Notes: generated by a model not told the origin, from the letters alone. A DNA stretch of 64,000 nt from Marsupella aquatica (GCA_973895155.1 OZ316891.1:6481708-6545707); one strand, 5' to 3'. Positions 52,101-64,000 are shown, numbered from the stretch's first letter. Numbers and translations are program-made.

Positions 52101-55100
52101 GCGGAGGAATGGACGTTCCAGCTCAGTGGATGCAACCTGTGAGGGTGTCACTGTTGTGAGGAACAAATTGAAGAGCTTTTCGACGGCGTCTGGTATGGCT
52201 GCTACCTTGAGGGCAGCACACTTCCAGCGACATAAGCTCTCAAGGGAAAGTCCTGCAGAAATACGGACCTCGTAGTCTTTTACGGAGACTAGTAACGCCA
52301 CGAGGAGATCCGAGATTCCAGTAAATTCGCCAATTACAATTGTTGCTCTTGTATACCTTTCAAGGCTTCGCGCTACAGCAGTCTGGAGAGTAGAGTCACT
52401 GAAATCCATGGCCAGCAGTTCCATATACTTAGCGGCCACGCTGAGGATTGTATCTTTGCTCTCGTAGTGAAGTACAGCCCGAAGAGCACCAATTACAGGA
52501 ACTCGTCTGGTGGTTGATGCACCATCATCACGCAAGAGAGCGAGCAGAGCATTCATTGTCTCGCCATGTGCGCTTGAAAATGGTGGCATTACATCCAAAT
52601 TACCCCAGGAATAACCGTAGCCCTCGACTACTGCACATGCAACTGAGGTTGTTTGAGGGAGTTGAAGCAAGCTTGCCATACTGTTGTCGTCCAATTTGCC
52701 TTGATAGGCTAGCTTGATAATAATCTATCACCAAATAGGAAACGTAAGTGTCATTAGTAAACAATTGATGCTTGAATTGGGAGAAACCAGATGAAACACG
52801 AAGTCGATCCCTCGTTTACTGTGTACTTTGTCATAGCTTTAATAGTGGCATTCTGGTTTTGTGAACTACATCGAACCTTGGATTGCAGACCTGGCAATCC
52901 CATTATTCTCCATAATATCTATTCCTTTCAATCTTAAATCGTGTTCTCAGGCCAGTTAAGCATCAAGTCAGTATGGATTTCAATTTTACTCACAGACACT
53001 GAAAATTTAGAACGAAGGAATTGGACATTGCGTGCATCACTAATCACGGTTGATTTTTTCCAGCTGAGATATGTACTATGGTATTTGAAGGCGAATTGTT
53101 TTGGCAGAATATGATAGGCAGTCGTACCTTTTTGGCATACCCATGTGCTTGCTGCTTCCAAGCAGGATCTCCACGATCGACATTAATGAGCCAGACTAGA
53201 TCTTTGATTTCGTACCTTGTCGTTCGCCTTGTCATCTTTACAAGATCATGTGGATCGATGTCCGTACTGAGGCTCCGAGGAATGGTGCCATCATAGATGG
53301 TTTGACGATGCTTTTCGAGAGTATTTACTAGGACATCCGTGAAGGGTTCTTGGAAGTAAATTGCACTCAAGACAGTCACAAGCGTTGCCTCTGCGTCCCC
53401 TTTCTCAATAAGTTCAGTTCCACCTTGATTACTGCTTTCTAATATTTGAGCAGCGATGGACCGCACTTCGAGAGACTTCCTCTCCCGAATGAAGCGCATC
53501 CTCAAGCAATGACCAGCCAAAGTTCTTTGCCCCCGCATGTAGGGCATCCTCTCCCACGTTGACTCATTTCCTTGCATGTGCAAATCAATCAATGACCTGT
53601 CTGCCAGGTACTTCTCCTGGTTCTCGTAGTTCAGCCTGTGGAAAGCTGTGGATTGAGCCGGTTGAATCCATTTGTAAAAATACCTCACCAGGGTTTCTGG
53701 CAAATGGTCGCCCTCTAACAATGCAATCAAGAAGAGGAGTCGCCTTGCATCTGGACTTGGAGTCAAAGACTCCACCATGAGCAGCATTGAGGCCGCGACT
53801 TTGCGATCGTAATATTTCTCATACATACCCGGACTGACCTGGAAGTCGTCCTCGTGCAGAAGAACTTGATGTAAATTATCATTGATCGCTTCCCAATGAC
53901 TTGCATCAGTTGCTCTGCTACTGTTGACGCTGATTCCAACATGAGCCAAAGATAGTGGAAGGTAGCCTACTTTCCTGATGATGGCATTAATCACACTCTA
54001 CAGGCAATGGAAAACGCTCGAAATTAGTAAATCCTTTATGGATAACAGTTACTATTACGGTTTAAGATCTCTTTGCTTGTACACTTTGAACGGTTGGTAG
54101 CAATCAACGACGCAAGGGCTGCTAACATTAATTCAAGTGAAAGCAAGACATCCACAGACAGTTCCCTGAACCTCAGACAGAAAACTGCAGTAGCAAGATT
54201 TGAAGTTGTACCTGAATGTTGTCAGGAAATTTTCCCTTCATCGTAAGTCCGTTTGTGTAATTCGACATGATTTGCGTGGCTTCTGCAAGATTCGGATATC
54301 TCATCTGGACTTTTGCAGCAGAATCCCAAATTTCTTTCATCTGGGATGTTACCAGAAATCGTACTCCCTTCGCAGGAACCAATTGCAAGAGCTGTTGCAA
54401 AACCTGCCGCTCCCATACATCATCCAGTACAATGAGCAAGGTTTGCTCAGCTAAGCGTTTTCTAAGCTTCATTCGATGTAAAGGTAGTTGAAGATAGCCG
54501 CCTTCCTGCATTCCGTTACCCGTCTGGTCATTCAGTGGAGCTGAACTTGAACCCGGTCCAAAGCCCAGACACTCGACCAGCTCTAGCTCCAACTGCTTCA
54601 CACTCTCTTGGGCGTCCTTTCCACAACACAAATAGTAGACACCATCTGGAAAACTGAGTGGGTTGCTCGGGGGTTGTTTTAAGCCTTGCTTTCTCTCCTC
54701 TTCGTACTGGAGTGCTAAATATTTCACCACACTACTCTTGCCCAGTCCGGGCCCTCCAAACACAGTCACTACACGAGGGCCCTCTTTATCCTCCAACGCT
54801 TTTCGTATCTCTAGAACAGACTCTGAAATCGGGACGTAATTGGGATCCGGAATGAAAGGCAATGGAGCCGGAGACAGGGCAACGATTCTCTCCAGCACAT
54901 CAAACGTATCAACCCTTGCGGCCAGCAGCTGAGGCCCAGCGTCCACGATGTCCGAGACATTTTTCAAGACATAGGTAAGCTGGCCGGGGAATGCCTTTCT
55001 CCTCAATCTCAAGAGATGATTTTTCTGGAGTCTGCTCACGTATTGCTCTTGCTTGTCCAGAACCTGAACGGCTGCCTGCACTGCCCGCAAAAGCCGTTCG

Positions 55101-55291
55101 TCCTCCGAAACCCCATGCCTCCGTAGCTGAGCGCTCCACTGATCATGCTTCTGACGAAGTATCGAGACTTGGGCTTTGAATGACTCCACCTCAGCGGAAC
55201 CTTTGTACCAACCATCTTGGAGCTGGTTAGCAAACTCGGACGCTTTTAGGACCAGATCTAGGCAGGACTTCACCTCTGTTATTATAACCAT
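49193..55291 (-). pseudogene. NB-ARC/ARM/TPR NLR-like gene, copy 2. Exons 55291-54212, 53997-53128, 52724-51481, 49679-49193 (3681 nt, ~1226 aa if read through); single nonsense codon at 51825-51827
   Basis: Same motifs and splice sites as copy 1. TTC TTG TAA here corresponds to TTC TTG CAA in copy 1. Exon lengths sum to a multiple of 3. Confidence 0.92.
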
Positions 55292-55466
55292 CTGGTAGAT
55301 AGGAGAAGATCGAAGAGAGCTCTATCGTGACCGTCGGTACTGTTAGTTGCAAATCCCGATCATTTTGTTCTTACAATTATCGCACGATCGCATTTGAAGG
55401 GATCGGGATGTGAACACAATCCTAGCTAGATCATTCATGCTAAATAGAAAAAACCCGAGCCTGAAA

Positions 55467-58400
55467 TTAAAGCTGAACTGGACCTGACCACGTAGCGCAC
55501 GGATGATTGTAAAGGAGTTGGGTTTTGGAAACTATCCTACAGTAGATCCTTAGTAGCAAAATGAAGGAAAGTATGCGAATTCATCTGTGATAAGAGTTCC
55601 GGCCATGCGAAGCTATTATGGAATAATGGACTTCGACCAGAGCCCAACTATGAAGTGAGATTGTGACTCAAATGATGTGCGTCTCTGCGGCAGACGAGAG
55701 GATACCACACTATCTATACATGCAAACTAGTTAATCAACCATGGGTTCCTATGCGACGAGCAATAGTTTGCTAAATTATGGTCATACATGCTCTCCTGTG
55801 CGAATGCGAGGAATTAGAAAGTGTGGTGTCGATCTTAGAGGCTCGATCTGGGCATGTGGCCGTTGCACAAAGTCGCTTGCCCGCGTTGGGGAGACTTCAA
55901 CGCGCTCAAGTGGGGTACCATAGCCGTGTTTGCCGCGACTCTATGACTACTGGAGCCACGAGGAACATTCGGTCCATGAGGAATTGGTCGACAAGTCAAC
56001 AAATGGGGGACTGGGAAGATAGAGATCAGGCAATATTCTAGAGAAAGTAAGGATTACGGTAGAATATTTTAGTGTCTAGGGGTTGACGAAACAATCCTCT
56101 TGCCATTGATTTCACCCCCGTGGAGGCGAGCCTGCCACACAAAGTAATTGAATGTCATGCACGTAGCAGTTAGCTTGATTCTCTAGTTACGTACTTGTCC
56201 TCATCCAGAGTAGTGTTGTCTATAGATCTTTCGATACAGATCGTAGCAGCAAATGAACTAATCTATAGATCGATCGTAGCAGCAAATGAACTATTCTATA
56301 GATCGATCGTAGCAGAAAATGATTTTAAGTGTTGATGTTAACACATCTGATCATATTTTCAGGATGGAATAATGTACCTGCCAACTTTGACCAGGGACAG
56401 AATGTGAAGTAAAATTGTGCCTCGAAAGATAATAATTGTCAATATTTGCGTCTAGGGCAGCCCGCCGGCCAAACTACACAAACTAATCTTGCGTAAGATT
56501 TCTTCGTACCTCACTGATAAAGTCATCTTGGACCAAAGAGTGTGGACACACAATATTTCAATATTTTCATATGAAGAGAAACTGATTCGTACATGCAGGG
56601 CTTTTTCATGATTTAAATTTATAATCTTAGTTTTATGCCCATATGTTGCACACAAGATATCGAGGTGATAAAAGACACGGAGGAGAAAAATAATGTTGAA
56701 ATGAACAAAAGATATTGAGGCAATAATTAAAAGATGTTGAGCAGTCAGAGATGTCAAGGTGAGCAAAATATATGGAGGTGATAAAAGATTTGAAAGAGAG
56801 AAAAAAGATGTACGGGTGATAGAAGATGCAGAGGTGAGCAAAAGATGCAGAGGTGAGCAAAAGATGTTGAGGAGACAACAAATGTCAAGGCAAACAAAAG
56901 ATGTCAAGGTGATAAAACATGCTGAGGAGAGAAAAGAGGTTTAGGTGAGCAAAAGATATCAAGATGATAAAAAAGGTTGAGGAGAGGAAAGAGTTTGAGG
57001 TGGACAAAAGATGTCAAGGTGAGCAAATGATATTGAGGAGAGCAAAGATGTGAGGAGAGAAAAAGATTTCAAGGAGAGAAAGTATGTCAACGAGAGCAAA
57101 AGATGTCAAGGTGAACAAAAACTGTTTAAGTGATCAAAGATGTCGAGAGAGAAAAGGTGCTAAGGTGAGAAAAAAGATGTTGAGATAAGAAAATGATTTT
57201 GAGGAGAGAAATATGTCAAAAATGTTGGGAGCTTGATCTTATTGGCTTAGAGGTGCATTCTTTGAAAAGTGTTTCAAAACAATGTTGGAGGTTTAGATAG
57301 AATAACAAATTGGACGTGCAAGAGAGGTGATGACCCCAGTGCTGTGCGGGGTCAAGGTGTGGTCCCACAATACCATTGGGAGGGAAACATTTTTAATTTT
57401 TCTCTCCCCCTATTTCCTCTTTCTTCTCCTTAGTTTGCCACATTCCTCCCCCTTGCTTACCTTGGCAACGCTTAATAAACAGAATAAATTCATAATTAAA
57501 TACAGAAAAGAAGAAAAGAAGAAAAAGGGAGTGAAAAGCAAAATTAACCCATTTTTCTTCTTTCTAGAGTCTCATACTCATACTCTATGCAAAAGTCCAA
57601 AAAGTTTCTGATGCCCCCAAAAGATTTTCCTTCCAATTTGTGTACTTTTATACTTCATCTCATATACGTCATATATTCTGATTTTACTATTAAAATAAGC
57701 ATATCATTTGACATACCTGGTTAATCATTCCAAGAGCACAAAAAAATATTTAAAACAATCTGACTGCTCAGGTTTGTTCCCTCCATTTCTGAATTTGTAA
57801 GCATATGAAAGCACTTTTTGGCGGCATATTACAGAAATAGATTTGAAATATGACATATATATGAGCCCATTGCCCTTGCATTGCACAATTATTATTACAA
57901 CCATTTCATTGATAAAATCAATTATCATTTTGGCCATTTTGTTATTGAGGCCATCTTATTTTTGAGGCCATTGTGTTGTTGGTCCATAAGGTTATTGCAA
58001 AAAAGATTTTAGGATTGAGTGTTATGTAACTTGGAAAAAATATTTCCTAGAGAGAATACAAAAATATATATTTTTTGATCTCTTTATCCAGTACAACACG
58101 TAATTTATGTTGACTTGTTGACCAATTTCAAATGGACCGAAGGTTCCTCGTGCCTCCATTAGTCAAAAAGTCGCGGCAAACACGGCTATGGTACCCCACT
58201 TAGCGCGTTGGAGTCTCCCCAACGCAGGCAAGCAACTCTGTGTGACGGCCACATGCCCAGATCGAGCCTCTAAGATTGACACCACACTGTCTAATTCCTC
58301 GCATTCGCACAGGAGAGCATGTGTGGCCATAATTTAGCAAATATTGCTGGTCGCAGAGGAACCCGTGGTTGATTAACTAGTTTGCATGTATCTAGATAGT

Positions 58401-58658
58401 GTGGTATCCTCTCGTCTGCCGCAGAGACACACATCATTTGAGTCACAATCTCACTTCATAGTTGGGCTCAGTCTGGTCGAAGCTAGTTGGCAGGTCCATT
58501 ATTCCATAACAGCTTCGCATGGCCTGAACTGTTATCACAGATGAATTCGCATACTTTCCTTGATTTTGCTACTAAGGATCTACTGTAGGATAGTTTCCAA
58601 ACCCCAACTCCATTACAATCATCTGTCCGCTACGTGGTCAGGTCCAGTTCAGCTTTAA
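55467..58658. repeat. Second inverted repeat: arms ~55467-56030 and ~58075-58658, spacer ~2 kb
   Basis: For example, GTGGGGTACCATAGCCGTGTTTGCCGCGACT (~55910) is the reverse complement of AGTCGCGGCAAACACGGCTATGGTACCCCAC (~58169). Confidence 0.88.
56655..57220 (+). repeat. Degenerate purine-rich tandem array of ~20-bp units
   Basis: Recurrent (G/A)AGGTGAGCAAAAGATGT(C/T) and GAGGAGAGAAAAAGAT. Confidence 0.75.
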
Positions 58659-59235
58659 CAATATTTTCATATAAAGAGAAACTGATTCATACACGCAGGG
58701 CTTTTTCATGGCTTAAATTTATGAACGCTGTGCATAGATTTAATCTATTTTCTCTAAAAATCTGCATCTGGTAAGGTAATTACACAAGAATATCTTTTAG
58801 TTTTTGGAAAAAGGATAGGAAAAACTTATAGTCCCAGCATTCAATCTAGCCTCAATATATCACTGCAAGGGGTAATTATAGCATGAGAGCAAACAATGAA
58901 AAAAATCCATTTGAATAAAAACACCCCACTTCACTAGCAAAGTTAATCCCCAGCTAGCCAACATGGTTAATAAATTCCAATTTTGCAAGTACTCTTTTGG
59001 CTAGTGGACTAGCTGAAAAATATAAAGCACTCAAAATATAAAAACCTGCAAAAATCAAAAGAATTTAAAACCCACTTGTGAGTTGCTAAGAACGTTCTCC
59101 TTGTTATGAAATTCCTGTTTGCTTGCATCATACTATACCTCCACTTCCAGCAAAAATCAAAAGAATTTAAAACCCACTAGTGACTTGCTAAGAATATTCT
59201 CCTTGCTATCAAAAATTCCTGTTTGCTTGCATCAT

Positions 59236-59730
59236 TATAGCATGCTCATCCTCGAACATGCTTTATTTTTTGTCTTGTAGTGATCTGAAAGTAAATAAAA
59301 TATGAGAGCATAGAAGTGCTGTTATATAAGTAAAGTGTCTGCCAAGAATAGCACACTGACCAAGAAAAGGTAGAGTCAAACTATGCTACGATGTGTGCAC
59401 TTAACTCAAGGTGCCTTATGAATGACACTCCTTTCAATAAAAACCATAAACCTAGGAAAGAAAAACATGAGGAGAACTTAAGAGGCTATGCATTCATGTT
59501 CTTCAGCATCATTTCTCTCACTCTTGGTGGTGGAGCCTTTGGTTTCATCTCTAAGAAAACACATACTATAAAAGGGGGCTGCCGAGAACACTCTAGAATA
59601 CCTAAAACTAAAGGGGTCTAAAAATTAATTAAATTAATGTATAGAATACAAAGGCTGCCCCTTGATAAGGCAGATTGAAATGAAAATACAAGACACACAA
59701 ATGAAGACAAAATCTGAAATGTGCATTCAC
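59236..59730. mobile_element. ~0.5-kb insertion, possibly a degenerate solo LTR
   Basis: Absent from copy A (site ~821-826) and flanked by a duplicated CATCAT. Contains an internal TATAAAAGGGGG. The ends are not canonical TG/CA. Confidence 0.5.
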
Positions 59731-60336
59731 CATCATACAATCCTCACTGCCAGCATCCATGCAAAGCTAAAAAACAATTTGCAAAATGTGTCACCCAGCA
59801 GCAGGTCTCCTTTCCACCAGATTTACTAAAGAGTCACCATAATTGAACCTTGGCCCTCCAATCTTCTCTCCTGGCTGTTTAGAGCATGGCCTTTGGCACT
59901 TTCAAGCCCCACTGAGTCCATGAGGTCCCTACACGGTTGAATAAGTGTAACATGTTGGCTAAACCCTAAACCTGATGCCAGTTGAAATGCTTACAGGAAT
60001 CAAGGTGGTTGTGTCCCAAAAGCTTGCAGGAGATATGCTTGAGCACAGCCCGGGAGCACAGAGCTAGAATATGGCATTATATTGTTGCCAGCAGTTCAAA
60101 TTGCTTCAAAGCATATCTGGTGTCCAAACTTAAATTGTATCAAAGCACAAACTTAAATTGTATCAAAGCACTGAGTATCCAAATTTGAACTAATATTTTT
60201 TGTTTTTTTGGTAAAAAGTGACTGTGCCCAAAATGTATACCAAACGGCCATTGTGGCAAAGACCAGCAAGGCAGAGAGAAGACACATTCAAAGGGCCAAC
60301 TGAAGGAGCATGCACCAAGAAACATGTCAACCAAGC

Positions 60337-60627
60337 CTGGGGGGTTTCACTTCCATAGAATTGACACATCACGTACGACTAAGACTAAGGTAGTTTTGGG
60401 TTTTAAGAAAAGACTTGGAAATGTTTTCCGTGGAAGAACTTTATGGTCTTTTAAACCCAATTTTGAGTTTTGTAAGAACATTAGGGTCCTTGTACTAATC
60501 AATGTTTTTTGGAATATTCCAATTCTATAGGGTTTTTTTTCAAATAGATTTTTTCTTATATTTTCAGGGGTACACGGCTTAAAAACATCGCAGGTGATGG
60601 GGGCTTCTATGTAGTGAGACCCCCTTG
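60337..60627 (-). mobile_element. Old MITE copy, duplicated together with the segmental repeat (counterpart of 1420-1707)
   Basis: CTGGGGGGTTTCAC...GTGAGACCCCCTTG in the same flanking context. Confidence 0.78.
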
Positions 60628-62467
60628 AACCAAATGCACAACGGCACAATGCCAAACGCCTTATGGTAGCCCGAGATTGTCAAAAAGCTGGCCAAAAGCA
60701 GCCTAAGGCCGAGACAAAGCCTGAGTCAGATGGGATCAAGGTCAACAACCATAACACAGAATTGAAAGGAAACCAAAACCCAATTCAAAAGAAGGGGGCC
60801 AACCTATAGGTAAGTGGGAATTTGCCAACAACATTCTTTGTGAAAGTATAGGTGGCAATGAGAGGACATCCAACTTACCCCAAAGCAAGCAATTGAGAGT
60901 AGGTGCAGAAAGCAACCGTCAAAGCAGGGGAAAGAAAGAGAAGTTAGCTAGGGTCCCTAAATTTGCACTCATTGTGAAAGTATGGTCCCTTCCTAGCCTT
61001 GCCATGTTCACCTAGTTAGTGTCAAATCCAATAAGAACATAGTGACGGACCAAACGAGAAGTGTGACCACACTTCTCGTTTTTCCCGCGGCTAAAAAAAT
61101 TCTAAGGCAAAAAAGTGTTGGATACGGAATTAGTATTCCATGTAATAACCCAGATTTTAGATTTTTAAAACAGGAAAAAATGACTTGAATCCAAAGCAGG
61201 GATACGGCGTATCACATTTTGGATCCCACCGCAGTTTTCAAAAAAACAAAATCAACAAACGCAGTAAAAGGGGCGAGGACAGTTTACCCGTCAAGAATAT
61301 TCCTAGAGGATTCCTTTTAACGGTCACTTTTAATCGACTACGACAAAACTATGGTCAGAAACTGACCATGGTCAGGGGGAAACTATAAATAGGAGAGCGA
61401 CGACTCAAAATTTTTGGCTCATTTCTTCTTGCTCCCGCATTCGCTTGCTCCCGACGAATCCACAATCTGTATGCATATTCGTATCCCCCAAGTCAGACTA
61501 CAAAAACAGGTGAGAAATATATATTTTTGAAAATCACGAGGATGAATCCCAAATGGGATACGGCGTGTCCGGTTTGGGATTCAATCTTGAAAAATCCAGT
61601 CTTGGCATGACGAAACATGAGAAAAAGAGGTTGGATGCGAAGTGGGATATCCCACTTCGCATCCAACCTCTACATAAGAAGGTCTTGGTTGAAAAATGCA
61701 GGAAATTTGGAAGTTGAATGTGAAGTGGGATACCCGGTATCCCATATGGTATTCAACCTCTGAATATCAATCAGGTTAGGTCCAAAAGGCGAAGTTTGAA
61801 TGCTAAGTGGGATACGGCGTATCCCTTCGGATATTCAGCAATAGCTTTTTTGTGATGGCGAAAGATATCTTAAGTATTGGCGATTGTTTTGCAGGCTAGG
61901 TTCTTATCAACTTTGACAGAAGCTCTTGCTTCCTTCGAGCCCGCCATTTTGGAGTGACGAACTATTAAAGCTTTAGCTTTCGTTGAGACTAACATTTTCT
62001 CAAGTGAGTTCAATGACGGTCCAGATTCAAAACCGAGATAAACGTGCTCATCGATTGTATAAGAGATTAGTTGAACTCAAAGTGCTTCCTACTGGATTAG
62101 GAGCGATTTGGATGGGAGGCGTAGATCCTCAAGATAGTCTCAATCCGCTCCGAATTGAGTTTTGCAGAAAGAATGAGCAAGGAGTTCCGATTCGGTCAAG
62201 AATTTTTTGAACGGTTGTCTGCATTCTGTTGATTCTTCGTGTAATTATTGTCGTGATGATGAAAACAAGTATCATCGATTGGCATACTTGTGTTGTCGAA
62301 TTTGGAACGAAGATCCTTGGGTTAACTCTTCCCATTGAATCTACTTGATTCTAGGGTCACAAATATTTGGAGTTTTGTTCAGTATTCTTGGCTCTCAAAT
62401 ATTTAGACATGATGTTTTTCTTTTGATCAAAGAAATAAAGTAATTGTTTTGATCCCTGTTTTGTAGG

Positions 62468-62764
62468 CTCGGGGGTCTCACTATATGGGGACCTCCCCAT
62501 CGCCTGCGACGTTTTTAGGGCTCGGACCCCCTAAAATGTAAGAAAAAAAAATTATTTTTTAACCCCTATAAAGTTGGAATATTCTTGGAATATTCTAAAA
62601 ATTGGATTAAAAAGGCCCTAATGTTCTTATAAGTCTCAAAATTGAATTTAAAAGACCCTATTGTTCTTCTACAAAAATTCTTAAGTCTTCCCTTAGAACC
62701 AATAAAATGACCCTATCCTTCGTCGCACGTGATATGCCATTTTTGTGGAAGTGAAACCCCCGAG
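62468..62764 (+). mobile_element. 297-bp MITE, near-identical to 20176-20472
   Basis: Same TIRs, a perfect 8-bp TSD TTTGTAGG, and about 2 substitutions relative to the other copy. Confidence 0.93.
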
Positions 62765-62846
62765 TTTGTAGGTTCTTCAAACAGAGAACTTCTCCATTTT
62801 CTCTATCACTCAAGGTATTCCTTTTTTCGTGTCAAATTGGTTTGGA

Positions 62847-63390
62847 ATGGCCGTCCCTCAAAACCTTGTCTTTGCAAGGTTAGCGACCATATTTGAGAAC
62901 GAGAAGAAGAAACAAATTGAGCAGAAACGGAGCCGAAGGGAATCCGGACTACTTTTGGATGGACTTCCTGATGAGATTGTTGAAACGTTCATATGGCCTA
63001 TTTTGAAAGTTTCTTGCATCGAGGACGAATTTGATTCTTCCAAGATCTCGGCTGAAGAAAGACTCAGCCGATTAAAAGAAATGGTTTGGCTGGGATCCTC
63101 CTCAAAAAAAATGGAACCAGCTTGTAGTTTGTACACGAGTATGGGGTCTCCTTCGACTAGCACGAAGCCAGTTTGAGGGATTAAATGAATTGCTTGATAG
63201 CGTTCCCCATGGAGACCCACTTCAGAATGTTCATCTCGCAAACTTTTTTAGGATGGAAACTTTGAATCTTCCCCCAATCGATTTCCTTGGTTTGTTTTCG
63301 ACATCAGAACTAAGTCAATTTCAAGGGGACTGGCTAAATCTAGAGAAAGATCAACAAGCCAAACTAGTGGAAATATATGGACAAACTTGA
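62847..63390 (+). pseudogene. Small F-box-like protein (~180 aa) frameshifted in an A8 run (63104-63111)
   Basis: LLDGLPDEIVETFIWPIL...LGSSSKK(W)NQLV resembles the F-box pattern L-x-x-L-P-x-E-I...I-x-x-x-L...V-S-K-x-W. Removing one A joins ORFs 62829 and 63190. Confidence 0.55.
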
Positions 63391-64000
63391 TTAATGTTCT
63401 ATCATTCATGCTTAGGTGTGCTCATGGTGAGCTACTTGTAAAAATGTTTTTCATGAATCAATATTTACTATCTTTTGTGGCACATCTTTGGACCAAACTC
63501 AGATTGTCAGCATTTTGCCCTGGCTGGCTTCCAGACCTTTAGTTTCTCGTTGCCAATAGCATCCAAATGAGGGTATCCCATATCGGATTACTCCACTATA
63601 TTTTTCCGTAAAACATTCTTCAAACCCTAAACCGCATACTAGATTAGCCGCGACTATTTCAAGCGACTATTTCGAGGAACTAACTGCCTTGTTACGTAGT
63701 GGACCCAGGAGAAAGTATAAATAAGAGTGCCTCCCCCAAAAGTTACGCTCATTTCTCATCTCTCACGCCGCCTCTCACTCTTTCCAAATACCCATTCTCC
63801 ATAGATATTTGTATTCCCTCGGCAGACACTCCATCACCAATTGAGAATACAATCTCCACGATATTTTCATACAAACTGGGAGGATGAATCCGAAGTGGGA
63901 TACCGCGTATCCCACTTCGCATTCACTTTGGCCGAATTCTTGTTTGAGAAGAAAAATGCAATGAGATGTCGGGGATGAATATGAAGTGGAATACCGCGTA

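Larger units (their letters stand above)
25141..55573 (-). repeat. Arm 2 of the large inverted duplication, interrupted by the outer CACTA
   Basis: ACCAACTAGCAATACTCGTATTT|CACTA...TAGTG|TTTGCAATTATA rejoins to the reverse complement of ~23585-23616. Confidence 0.93.
58387..61035 (+). repeat. Copy B of the direct segmental repeat of 1-2111
   Basis: Colinear with 1-2111 apart from small indels and a ~0.5-kb insertion. Confidence 0.95.
61038..64000. mobile_element. Putative unclassified element rich in palindromes, running past the window end
   Basis: Begins where homology to 1-2111 breaks. It has a 14-bp-stem hairpin at 61052-61081 and repeated GTGGGATAC-x-GTATCCCAC palindromes at ~61199, 61555, 61626, 61725, 61806, 63895 and 63985. 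Confidence 0.5.

Noticed and set aside
56452-56944. 151-aa hydrophobic ORF and its opposite-strand partner
   Set aside because: Translations of the degenerate ~20-bp purine-rich array.

Overview
Eukaryotic land-plant genomic DNA. GT-AG introns, plant PHR2/SERGT1 fragments and plant TE types support this; a non-seed plant such as a liverwort is only a guess. The window is built around a large inverted duplication with arms at ~6513-23616 and ~25141-55573 and a 1.5-kb spacer. The arms carry two convergent copies of a 4-exon, LRR-less NLR-like gene (helical N-terminus, NB-ARC, ARM repeats, TPR; ~1226 aa). Both copies are disabled: copy 1 by a 1-bp deletion plus a full-length Ty1/copia insertion, copy 2 by a single nonsense codon. 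Arm 1 also gained a MITE and a 2.6-kb solo LTR. Arm 2 gained a 22.8-kb Pack-CACTA that captured a PHR2 photolyase-like fragment and hosts a nested, nearly intact 9.7-kb CACTA. The most striking observation is in the nested CACTA: a complete SET-domain (lysine methyltransferase-like) exon lies inside the first intron of its transposase gene. It is in phase with the transposase's N-terminal Cys/His exon, so alternative splicing could give either ZnF-SET or ZnF-transposase, a candidate transposon-encoded chromatin modifier. The window ends with a second foldback, a direct copy of the window start, and a palindrome-rich element carrying an F-box-like ORF. All calls come from reading the sequence by eye; no searches were run.
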